This document shows, piece after piece, positions 1-13,219 of a stretch of 64,000 nucleotides of DNA. This DNA is from Geosiphon pyriformis uo1. Its lineage: Eukaryota; Fungi; Glomeromycota. The stretch covers positions 496,001-560,000 of the forward strand of contig JAAOMT010000690.1 in the NCBI GenBank assembly GCA_016748015.1. The letters are read 5' to 3'. Numbering within the stretch: the first letter of the stretch is position 1; every line of letters starts with the position of its first letter. The notes beneath the pieces are model-generated. The model was not told the DNA's origin. It saw only the letters and a list, made by a program, of their open reading frames with translations, and searched no databases. The position numbers were made by a program, and so were the translations under genes.

Positions 1-1000
1 TTTTATTAAGTTTTTAATATTTGTTTATTGGCTTAATATTATATGTTAAAGTTATATTTTTTATTTTATAATGTTTTTTATATTGCAATTAAATTAAAGT
101 TAATTTTTTTGGAATTCCAATTACCCAAGTTGTTTTAGTTGATTAAATCTGTTGTTTAATTTATTGGTTTTCTAATAAATCCAATTTCTTTTTTGTTGAC
201 TGTAAAAAAAACCTGATTTATTAATAAAACTCAATTGTTTTTTTAGAAAGACAAATTAGTTGTGTTGTTAATATAATTGCTAATATGTTTAAAAATAAAT
301 TTAATGCTGGTGTTTCAAATAATAATAATTTCAAAATAATAAAACAAATTATACTGTAAGTAAAGAAATTTTTACTTAATTAATAGTGCTTTGTAACTTT
401 TAAAATTCTGAAATCAAGAATAATAGAGAAGCAATCAAATTATTGTTATGTAAATATATTGAAAATGTTGAATTATTTAAATAGTTGTATTGGCACAAGA
501 TTTGTTTTCTTTGTCTAAACTTAAGTAGTCTTAACTAGCTTAAGTAGCTAGTTATATATTAAATGTGTATAATTCATTATAATTAAGTTGTATAAAAATA
601 ATTAATGGTTAGACTATACTTTTGAAACAATAAAAAACATTAAAAAAAACGTGTTGTAAAAGTATATTTTTTTAATAAAAATTAACAAAAATTAAATTAA
701 ATATGCTTAATAAATTTCACAATTTTTTTTTTCAAAGACAACAACATTAATGATTAAATTTATTTATTTAAAAGCTTTAAACTATTAAACTGTTTAAGGT
801 AATATTTGTAAAAATAAACTAGCGTAAATATCAATTAAAATTTAACTTAAAAACAACATGAAATTAAAAATAATAATTATTATTATTAAATTTAAGATTA
901 TATTATTTTATACATCATTATCATCCTATTAATTTTTTGATTAGTCACTTATTTATATATTTTATGATTTGTTAAAATCTAACACATTTTTATTTAATGT
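1..1000. mobile_element. Extremely AT-rich decayed repeat, probably a retroelement relic
   Basis: Very low GC with the same C/G-depleted texture as the decodable transposon relics elsewhere in the window. No domain could be read reliably. Confidence 0.35.
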
Positions 1001-2696
1001 GAAAACCATAAACTTTAATAAATTTAATTCCAATTCCAATTCCAATTATATTGGTTGGTTTTTTTCGTTTAATTTGAAATAAACTTTTTTTTTGGTACAG
1101 TAAACATAAAATTTTTAATATATTTTAAAAATTTTGAGGTATTTTTTTGGTGATACTTGAGATCTGAAAATTTTTTACATGCTTCAAAAGTTTATGTTTC
1201 TTGAACCACGCATCATCATGTCTTGGCAATTCATGTCGTGTAATCAAACGGATTTTTAGTCCATACAAATAAAAATTGTCAAAAACCCATTAATAGGGTT
1301 CATATTGTACTGCATGAATACAGCCGCATTTTAATGAAGGAATGTAATATGATATAATATTTGATCGATCGATTGATTGATTGATTGATTATAATTTCCT
1401 TTGAGACTTCTTTAAATGTTTAGGGAAAATCCGTATGATAGTAAATGAATATATGGAATAGAAATCTAATCACAAAATAAGAAATTCATAGATGTAATCA
1501 GGAGGATATTCAAGAATATTCAATGTATTACATTTTTAATGTACCATGCGTGAAATGTAAAATAAATTTTCAGGTAAAAGAAAACACAGTATAAAAAAAA
1601 AAAAGAATCTCATAGACAGCTATATTAGGATTGATATGAAATATTCAATTATTAGATAGCGTAATAACGGTAACAGTATAATAACGTAAATATTATTTTT
1701 AGGAAAGACCTAAATGACCTATTATCATATTGATTTTGCAGCTCTTTATGATCTAATTGTATGAAATTTGAAAAATGGGGATCATCCATTATACATGTAG
1801 TTAGAAAAAAATATTTTGAATTATAGATTTCACCTTAATTCTAAACCGGTTTGCTAATTTTTAGTTTCAATACATAAAACAAAAAGACTTTATATGATCA
1901 CTTCTTTTCTTTTTTTTTCTTTAATAAATATCGAGTAACTTTATGCTTGCTAAAATGTGGAATTTTTGCCTTATGATTCTTTAATCCCTAAACAGTCGTA
2001 AACCTAACCAAATCCATGATATCAAACGCAATCATTTTTATGATTTAAAATCCGATATCCTCTTCGTGGTGCATGCATTTTCTAATGACCTGATATACTC
2101 ACTGACATCTGAAACGCGCGTCATCCTGAAATCGAAATCGAAAATGATTATAATCATAAATACTAGAGGATGACAAATCCCTGCAGGAACATACATGGCA
2201 AAGAATGTGAAAATAAACAAGATTGGCTAATAGTTGTGTAGAAAGTAATATTTTTTAGGACTATAACTGATTGACCAATGATATCATGGAGATAGGCATT
2301 ACACAAACAGACCATCAGAAGATTAAAATGAAAATATTTGTTGACCAAGGCAAAAAAATAACAATAATCTCTCTAATAATAATAATAATAATAATAATAA
2401 TCTCTCTAATAATAATAATAATAAGTGGTTACCAGGATACGCAATTGTCCGTATTGGATGTTTTTGTCCCATTAAAAAGTAATGATAGATATCAAAAAAA
2501 TATTCATATGCATTTATAATATTGATAATTTAAAAAAATTTATTTTTGTCAATATTTTATGATAATATTAGATTTGACAATTTAACAAGATAAATTCATT
2601 GGAGTTACTTAAATATTTAGAAATAAAAAAAGTTCAATTATAAATATTTGAAGATGATAGGTATTTTGTTTGATTTATTTTGGAAATATGTATTTA

Positions 2697-2755
<59 letters not shown>

Positions 2756-2832
2756 CAATAACAACAACAACAACAACGACAATAACAACAACAACAACAA
2801 CAACAACAACAAAAACAACAACAACGACAATA
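2697..2832 (+). repeat. Compound microsatellite (AAT)n-(AAC)n
   Basis: Directly visible; produces the poly-Asn/Tyr/Cys/Leu ORFs in the track. Confidence 0.97.
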
Positions 2833-4361
2833 AACTTTTGAACACAAATAAATATTTGTTATTTTTAGCAAGTTCCATTTTGACTTATCTTTTAAACGAA
2901 TCTGGTAAAATATCTTGTATTTAAATATTTTGAAAAACTTTCACACTAATAATTTAAACCCGAGATTCCCATTTTTCCGCTTTCTGCTTTTTTTAAAAAC
3001 AAAAAGTTTTTATTTAATGAAATTATTTTTGAATTACACAACAAAATAAAAAAGAAAATTATTTTAAAAAAGTTTTTTATTGGTAGCCCCTAGGAGGTTT
3101 TTAGCCTAGGGAAAAACAATTAACGTTAATCTTAAAAAAAGACAAAGTTTTTTTTTAAAACTGGAATTACATCCAATATATTATATAAAGTAAAGCTAGA
3201 AAATCTGAAATTATCATTTGTAAATACATTGTATTAGTTTTTTTCAATAGAGAAATAAATAAAACGTATTTAAATTTTGAAATCAAAGATTTCTGAGTGA
3301 ATGATCAAATAAAATTTTTGCCGGAGGAATTTAAATCATTTTTAGATGCTAATCAAATAATAATAATAATAATAATAATTTTAAATTACAGCACTTTTTA
3401 ATGAATTGAAATTTAATAAATGAAAATGGTCACATTTTTGGTACTTGATATTTCACAAAATAAAAAAAAATTTAGCCTTTTCACAGGACAGGATTAATTT
3501 TAAAAAGATTTTGATTTTCCGAGATTTATAATCTTTATCAAATTACCTTTTGGGCAAAAAGCCCCTTGAAACTTTCACTTTCTGACCAGCCAGCGTGGGA
3601 AATTTTATCATGTTATTGCTAACCAAATCATGAAGAATTAAAATTTTTAAGAATGTGTTATGTTTGAAAAAAAATAAATAAAATAAAAAACATTTTGCCT
3701 TAAACTAACCCCCTTTAAATAATCAAGGAGTCAAAAAATAAGGGGCTCATTAACACAAAATAAATTCGCACCGTGTAATAATTTTTTATAAACCTGTATT
3801 TTTTAAATAAATAAATATATATATATATATTCATCTTTTTGATATAAATTTTGGTTCGATCATTACCATATTAAAATTTTACAAAGAAAATGGCTTATAT
3901 TTAAATAAAATAAATTCAGCTAACAACCAAAAACGATCAATGAGAAAATAACAAAATATTGAGGTTATAATGATTATATTTCAAGATTTTTCTATAAACC
4001 TAAATAAATTGTGTTTTTAAAAAAATTAACCAGAATTGTGTGTTTTAAAAAAATGTATTTTGATTTGTTTTTTAAATTATTTATCAAAACTTTTAATTTT
4101 AAATTTTCATTTAATAGTTTTTACTTTTAAAATTGAATTACTTGTTATAATCTTTATTTTCGATCTTTAAAATAAATTGAATTATTAAGTTATAATTTAG
4201 GTATATTCGAATTTGAAAATAAAATTTTAAAAAATATTTGGAATTGTTTTTTAAATAAATAAATAAAAGAAAAATATAATAAATTTTTTGTAATTTTTGA
4301 GATTTGAATGTTAAAAATAAATAAAAATAAAAATAAAATATTACCATTTCAAATGTAAGAT

Positions 4362-4362
<1 letters not shown>

Positions 4363-4410
<48 letters not shown>
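4363..4410 (+). repeat. (AAT)n microsatellite
   Basis: Directly visible. Confidence 0.95.
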
Positions 4411-5933
4411 GTATTTTTACATGATTGAAAGTTAATATTTTAAGTTAATGATATATGTATATATATATGTATGTTTTATAATTTTCATTAAAATAAATTG
4501 GATTTCAAATTAGTTATTTTAACATGTTTATTAAATTTTAATTAATGTTTATTTTACATAAATTAAAAAAATTAATTTTTCTTTTTCGCTTTCAAAAATA
4601 TTTACTATGTTTCTTTCTTTTTATCTTTTCTTTTTTTGTCAATATTTTTCTTACAATCTCTTTTCATATTTTTAAAGCTATTGTCAATATTTTTTCATAT
4701 CATCTCTTTTAATATTTTTACAGCCAAATTGTTTAAGAGTATTCTTTAATGAAATCAAGAAAGAAAAATTTTAATTAAATAAGAAATTTATTTTTATCCT
4801 TTTTATTTTTTTCAAGCTTTGCTAATTTCTTGTTTCATAGAAATAAAAACTGCTAGATTTTCAGTTTTTATTGTTACAAAATAATTGTTTGCTTAATTAA
4901 GAATTGGGCATATTATTAGTGCGGTGATCATTCCTTGCTTGATAAGTTGTTGTTGTTGTTGTCGTGTAACTTTTCTTTTTTTTTTCCTACTTTTCATTTC
5001 ACTCGCAGCTTAAAAAAGGGAAATTTTTAACGCAAAATGATTGAAAAAATTAAAGTGGAAAATTTATATAATGGCTGCCTGATGTGCAGCTAATTCTAAC
5101 CAAACTAACCAAAAAATTTGAGGTTCAAAAATTATCTACCTTTTTATTTATTTAATATATGCATAATTGGGAATTTTATGATTTGATATTAAATAATAAT
5201 AATAATAATAATAAATAATAATAATAATAGTAATAATAATAATAATATATACAACATTTCGTATTCAGAAATCTACACACACATGGTAAGCAATAAGAAA
5301 ATATGATCCCTAAATCCCAAGATCTTGTAAACTTTTTCCAAGAATGAGTTTTTCATCAGCATCATCATCATGATACATATTTAAAAAAAAACCGTCCAAA
5401 AGTATCTGATCATGATGAACATTGTTGGAAAATGCGTTATCATTTAATCACACATTATTGTGATACCAATGATCGTGTAATAACACATTCCAAGTTTTTT
5501 TTTTTCTTCGAAAAAAGAATTGGGAAAAATCATCTGCACCTGATGATGATAAATGATAAACCAGGCATTGGCAACCATTAAAGATGTATCCTGCAACAGG
5601 TCGATTATTATTTACACACTTGCACACAGACACAAGTTCAGATATACAGAAAAAGTTACAAGCCTGTATTTATATTTATTCAAAAACAGGAATAAAACAA
5701 GATAGAAAATAACACACAAGACGCCGACTATCTTGTATCAAGGGGTTCAAACTTTAAGAGTAGCTACAATCAGGTTTTGTTATTTTTCGGGAATTTTCAC
5801 TATTATAGTCAAAGTATATTAAAGCCTGCCGAATGTGTTATCATTAGTCTGCTAGATTTTTTAAAATTATGACTTTTGACATGAGAAATATATTGCTCAT
5901 CTTTTAAAATATATTATTGTTATTGCCATAACT

Positions 5934-5956
5934 ATTATTGTTATTATTTATATTAC

Positions 5957-5988
<32 letters not shown>

Positions 5989-5997
5989 ATAATAATA

Positions 5998-6037
<40 letters not shown>

Positions 6038-6061
6038 TATTACTATCAATAATAATAATAT
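5934..6061 (+). repeat. (TAT)n/(AAT)n microsatellite with duplicated unit tattactatcaataataat
   Basis: Directly visible. Confidence 0.9.
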
Positions 6062-9000
6062 TTTCTTAATATTGCAATTATTCTATTTAAATATTCATGA
6101 TTTATTTAATGTTCATTATACCACATTTTAATTCTAAATATTACGATATTTGCCTTATTATTATTAATAATTCGGAATAAAGTTTCACACTTTTTAGTTT
6201 GGCGTTAGTTAGGGATTGTCACTATCTTTTTAATTTTTTATAGTCGTTTAGCATAGAATAGAATTTTAATATGGAAAAAGTCGTGAACCTATGAAGGAAA
6301 TTAAAATCACGACACGTCAGATTAGCAAAATGGGAAATTTTGTTTTTAAATTTAATAAATGAATGCTCACGTGTAAAAAAAAGTGTTATTACTTATTCCG
6401 CAGGATAAAATTTTATGCCCATAGAACGATGATTAACTTCGAAAGGTGATCGTCCGATAACATGATAACACGATCAAAGAGATTGAGTTTTTTTCGGACT
6501 GATCATCAATGGTATAAACATTTGATCGAAATTTTTTTTTTTTTAAACCAGTAATCAGAAAAGTGTTCGCTAAATCATATCGTGGATTTACGATCGAGAT
6601 TCGGAATTTTACAAGCTAATGTGGGAACCATGGGTCGCTTAAAATCTAACTTACAAAGTTATTATTATATCTTTTTCAAAAGCCCAAATTTTTCGTATAA
6701 AGTTTAAAATTTTTTTTCAGTTTTGACTTGTGACTCTGATCATCAAACTCAGCATACCATTTATGCCATACCTAATGTCGTGTAATTTATAATTTATGAT
6801 GTGATGATCAGAATCATACACACACACACGCACACACACATACATGTTACATGATGAAACCTCATTAATAAAGTTCATGTTACTCCGCATGGTCACTTGA
6901 ATTTCTGACCATCAAAGCTTGATCTGGTAATCAATGGGTGTGATGACGATGATGATAATGATGATGATGATGATGATTCCTAAATGAAATGAACAACTTT
7001 TAAAACCCAGTTGAATCAATGAATTTCTTGGTTTTTTAAGTTTAAATTCTGAGTCGTTTTTATATCAAGTAACTTGAATTCAGGAGATTATTTTTTGTAA
7101 TATAAATAAAATTCAAAATCTTTGTGCATTCTGCATGCAATAAATGTGAAAAAAAAAGGATTAAATAGACCGAACCAGACTGTATTCCATTTTCCCCAGC
7201 TGTATGGCACTTGGAAATTGTTAAGCCCAACTCGCCTTTTATGTGACACATATATACACATACACATGCACCCGCATCCGCACCCATACATAAATACATA
7301 CATACATACATACATACACTAAATAATTGTCAGCAGCATAAATAGCAACCAAGGTATTTCGAAATTTTTTCATTATTTGACTGAGTGCAGAGTTTTCAAA
7401 AGAAACATTGAAGTATTGGTGCATATATGGCAGTTTCGATGTCGACTTGTCAAAATCTGCAAATGCATAGAGTTTAGAATTTGGCATGATTTTTAAAGGA
7501 TTCGAAGATGCGATATCCTATTTTGAATTCAAATTTATTAAAAAAGGATTTTTTAATTCGTCATCCTGGCCTTTTCTTTTAAATTTAACTGTTTCATTTG
7601 TAAATTAATTTATCATTAATCATCATGCAGTTTCAAAATTGTAACACTAAAATATTGGACGCATTTTTTATATCGAAATTTTGAAAATTATACGACTAAT
7701 GAAAGAAATCATTTCTTTTATGGAATTATTATCTTAAACGCAAGCAACGATAAAAAAAATTTTTAATTCTTGATTTTTCGAAATTGACGTAATTTTAATC
7801 AAAACCAATAGCATACTTTATATTCGGGAGAAGAAACCCCGAATATATTATCATTTTATCTTTAAAATTTATCTTGATACAAAAAACTCTAATGCAAGAG
7901 AACTTGCATCTTCTGCACAGAATGCTAGAAAATTTTAATTTTTTAAGACCAAAAGCTGCAAATGCGTAATAAGCAGATTGATATTATTGTGAAAAAGAAG
8001 TAGTGCACCTGTCTTTTCATAATGATCATCCGATTCAATTTTTAATTAAGGTAAAAAATTTTATTTAAAATTCCGTATGAGCGGGGACTGACAGACAGAC
8101 AGACAGACAGACAGTCTGTACGTTTTTAATGTGTCTAGATGATCAAAAAGGATTTTCTTATCATTAAGCCTTTATTAGTAATATGACGCTAATACTTTTT
8201 TAATTGCCAAAAAAACTTTTCCCATAATGTTAAATGGTTTTAAGCGTGCGTATTTTCCTTGCGAATTGACAGGTGATTTGTTTAGTTTTACAAACTTTTC
8301 GTCGTAATAACAAATTTTAATTGGTAAGAATTGAAAATTCTCAAAAAAAAACTTGATAATGATTGAATGAATGGTCTTTGCTTGAGCGAATGGACCAAGA
8401 CATGAATCTAACACAAAAACTTGATTAAATTTTCTTAATTATTACTATATATATATTTAATTAATTACTAATGGAAGCTAAACAAACAAAAATTTTTAGT
8501 TTTTTTTGTGCATTCTTTATGTAATTTTAATAATTTGATGCCAAACTTTTGATCACAAATTAGACTGTATAAGTAATAGTAAATAATAAAATTATTATAA
8601 ACATTGATCTAATTGATAATAGCAATTTTTCTAATAATGTGATTTTAAAATAATACTTTCAAATAAAAAAAATAAAATTAATAAAAAATAATTACTTTAA
8701 AAACTGTAATTAATGTTGATATTACATGATTAAGAATGTGACCAAAAATATTGTAATATAAGATTCGAAAATATTATAATATACTGTATTATTTATAAAA
8801 AGAAAATTTTTTCAATTAATTTTTTTAAATATTTTTTCTTTCAATAATCTTATTTATTTATTTAACCATTTACATATGTAATTAAAAACACCCTATTTTA
8901 TATTACCAAACTCTGCTAATTTTTTTGTTATACTTTTTCACATATTACCAAATTTTTGTGCAAATATATAATAATAATCACTAAGATTAAATCAAGAGCT

Positions 9001-9842
9001 TTTAGTACTTAAATTAAAATATTTATTATATATTATGTATTATACATTAAAATTGTTTTTTTTTGTTAAAAATTTATTTTTTGTGTATTTAAATTATCAT
9101 TTCACCTAACATTATGGTTGATACTATTATTAAATGCAAGAATTACAATGGTTTCAAGATAAAAAGTTTCAAAAATAAAAATGATATTAAAAAATAATTA
9201 AATACTCTTTGATTTTTCTCATTTTTTCTCATTGTAAACATTTTTGTTTTTATAAAAAATATTAATTATTATTAACATAAAATAAGTATTTATTATGAAA
9301 AAATTGATAATATAAACATTTATCTTTTTGAAATAATAATTTTCAAAAAATGGCAATATTTGTATATATTTATAAATTCAATTTAAAAAAGTTTTATTGA
9401 GTGTAATCCAATCGTTATTTATGTATATAAAACATATGTATGCACTTTTTACATGTGACCAGCTACCCGATTCTAATATTTTAAACCTTTTTTTATGTTT
9501 ATCAAAACAAAATGAATTTTAAATAAATTTCAAGATTTTTAATTAAATAGTTTTGTAAAAAAAAATTTGGAATAAATTTAATTATTATAATATTTTTATA
9601 TAGTGTTTTTTATTATTATTATTAATGAAAAAGTTTTGAATTTACATTTTCAAATATTTAATTGGTAATTATAATATTTATATCATTTTTGTTTTTGTTT
9701 AATATTTTATTTTATTTTATTAATTGTAAATTTTTACAATATTATTTGCCAAATTTCAAATTATATTAGATATAAAAAATTGTATTTTTAAAACAAATTT
9801 TCAACCATTCTAAAGCATTTTATTTTATTAGCATTTTACGAG

Positions 9843-9945
9843 TGTGACCCAATCACTATCTAATACGATACAACAACTAAATGTTCCAAATTAGACGTAA
9901 CTCACGCATTTTCTACTTGTGAGCCACTCGGCCAAGCATTATAAC
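9843..9945 (+). mobile_element. Terminal fragment of a second repeat family (B), probably an LTR 5' end
   Basis: aaatgttccaaattagacgtaactcacgcattttctacttgtgagccactcggcc matches aaatgatctaaactagacataaatcatgcattttctacacgtgaccagccacttaggcc at about 63491-63549. A more decayed copy lies at about 9403-9470. The fragment starts with TG. Confidence 0.5.
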
Positions 9946-11291
9946 CAAATAATTTGCTGTTATTAAAATTTTTTAAGTGTTAATACTCAAATGCTGTTGC
10001 TAAATATTTAAAAAATTTTGTAATGTTTAAATGATTATTTTGTTCTTACCAATGGTTAAAAATTTCTTATTTCTGAAAATTTTCAGTTATAATTTATTTG
10101 TTATTTTTTGAAAAATTTAACCCATTTTTAAGGTGTTTATTTTAATTATAACAGTTTTAAAAAGTTTAATATTAGACTAACCTTTAATATTAACCAATTT
10201 AGTGTAATTTTAACAAACTAATAATTAATTAGCTTTAGAATTATTAATTTATAACAAAAGAAAATTAATTTTTAAAAGCAATGTTAATTGGAATTTAATC
10301 AAGAAAAATTATTTTAGTAAATGGTATTTATTTAGAATATTAAAAATTTTTAAGTTATCAATTAATTAAATAGAAATTTACAAAAAAGTAATTTTTAATT
10401 ATTATTAAAAAATATTTTGGGCCAAGTTTGTGATTATTTATAATTTTTATAACTATTTATAATTATTATAACTGTTTATAATTGTTGTAATTTTTTTGAA
10501 TTACTTTAATTAAATTAATTACAATTTTTTATTAATATATAATTGTTTATAATTATTATACAATTAATTTTGTTTATATTAAAACTTTTATCATAACAAT
10601 CTTTAATTATTATAACCAAAGTTTATTATAGCTAACTAGATATATTATATAATAGTAACATATAATTTATTCAATTTTGGTGATTTTCTTTACCAAATGA
10701 CAGTATAAAATATGAAAATTATTATTAAAATTATGTAAAAAATATCTATATTATTGTATTTAATTAATAAAATTAGCTAATAATCAAAAATTTTTTAACA
10801 AATTAAGAATTACCAATAAAAATTAATAATTAATATATTTAATCTAATAATAATAAGCTTTATTATATTCTAAAATTTTTACATGTCTTTAATTATACAA
10901 TTTAATATTTTAGATTGATAATTATTATTTAAAAATAATTATTAAAAAATATAATTAATTAATCTGTTTTAATTATATTGGTTACAATTATGATTAGTAT
11001 TATTAATATATAATTAATGTTTTAAATTTAACTATTTAAATCTGATTATTTAAATTACTAACTTTTAGAAAATAACATATTAAGTAAATTTATAATTAAA
11101 TGAATTATTAAAAATACATAAATAGTTAATATGTATAAATAAACTTAATATAATATATGTAAATTTAATGTAATTTAGCCATATATACAAACTTTTTATC
11201 AGTTTTAAAAAGTATTAATTTTATATTAAGCCAACTTTTTACTATATTTTATAATAAAGAGTTAGATATTTTTATATGGGTTTTTTTATGC

Positions 11292-13219
11292 TGTTATTAG
11301 AAATTTTGGTTGTCTTTTTTTAATGTTGTTAAAACTAAATTGTTGTTAATTCTGTTATTAATAAAAGCTGTTTAATTTTTAATAAATTAATTTATTTTCA
11401 AAATATCTCTCTATGTTTTAAATTATTTACATTATTGGACTTATAATAAATTGACCAATTTTATAATAATTATTTTATGTAGTGTTACCAGAGATTTTTC
11501 TATCCTTTTCTTAATGTTGTTAATGCCGTTTTGCCATTAATTCTGCTGTTGATAGAAGTCAGTGAACCTCCAATAAGCTATTTCTTCTTCCAAAGTATCT
11601 CTCTATACTTTAGATTATATATGCTGTTGGGCTTATGATGAAATGGCCAATTCCATGGCAATTACTTGTGTAGTTACTTTGCAGTGAAAGTCAACTCTTT
11701 TGCAAAAAAATCTCATCTGTAAGTTCTTCAAATAATATGTAATTACTTTGCTGTAAAAGTCAACTCTTCTACAAGAAATCTCGACTGTAGGCTACCCAAT
11801 GATAAAAAGAAAATAAAAGAAAATAAAACTAAAAAAAAGAAATTAAGAAATGTGTTAAGGAAGTCGTTTTGGATCCAGGCCTGAACGTTACTAATGGTTA
11901 CTGAAATTGGTAGCTAATTAATTTCAAAATGTTAGTATGAAATAATTAATTTTAAACAGTAATAATTAAGAGTTTTATGTTTTTCAAAGTGAGTTTTATT
12001 TGAGTGGATTTGTAAGGAAGATTATTCTAAGGAAAGATATCTGGTGGAAGATATATTTTCTCGAAGAGAGAAGCTCTTTTTTTATACAACTTGTTGTAGT
12101 ACTATTCTATGAGCTAGCATTTTTTTTTCCTAATATTTTGTCAAACTAAAGATACATTTCATCAAACTACAAGTTATTTCTGTGAACTATAGATTATTTT
12201 GTCGAATTACTAAATATTTTGGCGAATTTTGAATGTTACATAGTTTGGTGTATTGCATGATTTGATCATCACAATTTGGTTATATTTGTGTTCTGTACAA
12301 ATCGGGTTATTAATTGAATGATAATTCGGATAATTTGATAAGATAATAAGTGATAAATTGAAATGATAATATATGCTAATTAATGATAGAAATTATAGGG
12401 ATAATTTCATGTTAATTAATATCTTAAATTTCAACTGGTAACAGTAGTTACTTTGCAAAAAAATTAACTTTTTTACAAAATTTTATAATTATAAACTTTT
12501 TAATAATATCTAGTTATTTTGCTGTAAAAATCAACTCTTTTACAGAAAATTTTAACTGTAAATTATTCAATAATCTAAGAAAACAAAAGAAAAACATAAA
12601 TAAAGTAAAAAATGTTTTAAGAAAGAAAATATTTTTTGTTTAAACTTAAAGTTAACTAAATTATTATTGAAATTGATAGCTAATTAGTTTTAAAATGTTA
12701 ATTAATATTGAATGTTTTTTAAAATAGTATTAATTATAAAAAAAATTGAATTTTTGAAATAGAATTTTATTTTATTAATTTATAATAGCTAATTAATTAA
12801 TCTTGTTCTAAATAATTGATAAAATAATTGATAATTTTTTTAAAAAAAAAGCTTTTTTATACATCTTATTATAGTATTATTTCAAGTTGTAACATTTTTT
12901 TTGCTAATATTTTTATGAATTAAATGTATATTTTCGCAAAATACAAGTTATTTCAATAAATTATTGAATATTTCAGTAAAATATTAAATATTTTGGTGAA
13001 TTCTTAAATGTTATATAGTTTAGAGTATTGTATAATCTAATAATTATATTTAGTTATATTTGTATATAATACAAATTAGATTATTAATTAAATAGTGATA
13101 TCTAATAATTCAACTAAATAATTAGTAATAAATTGAAAATAATATTATATACTAATTGATAATAGAAATTAAAAGTATAATTTTATGTTAATTAATGACT
13201 TAAATTTCATTTGGTAATA
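11292..13219 (-). mobile_element. Older solo LTR (family A, copy 1), split by copy 2
   Basis: Decayed termini TGTTATTAG...TTGGTAATA. Segments 11292-11482 plus 12448-13219 total about 963 bp and are colinear with copy 2. It lies within the integrase core of the Gypsy relic. Confidence 0.85.
11483..12443 (-). mobile_element. Younger solo LTR (family A, copy 2), 961 bp
   Basis: Perfect 9-bp inverted termini TGTTACCAG/CTGGTAACA; 4-bp target duplication GTAG (11479-11482 and 12444-12447); internal tandem duplication of about 68 bp (about 11670-11800); minus-strand TATAAAA near 12085. Confidence 0.9.

Noticed and set aside
2271-2924. Poly-Ile/Asn/Tyr/Cys/Leu ORFs
   Set aside because: Translations of microsatellites, open in several frames on both strands, with no splice or domain support.
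6400-6960. Apparent clustering of GATC/TGATCA/CGAT words
   Set aside because: Could be regulatory, but enrichment cannot be shown without counting and no linked gene is in view.
11670-11800. Repeat-spacer or CRISPR-like pattern
   Set aside because: Only a two-unit tandem duplication inside an LTR, in eukaryotic DNA with no cas genes.
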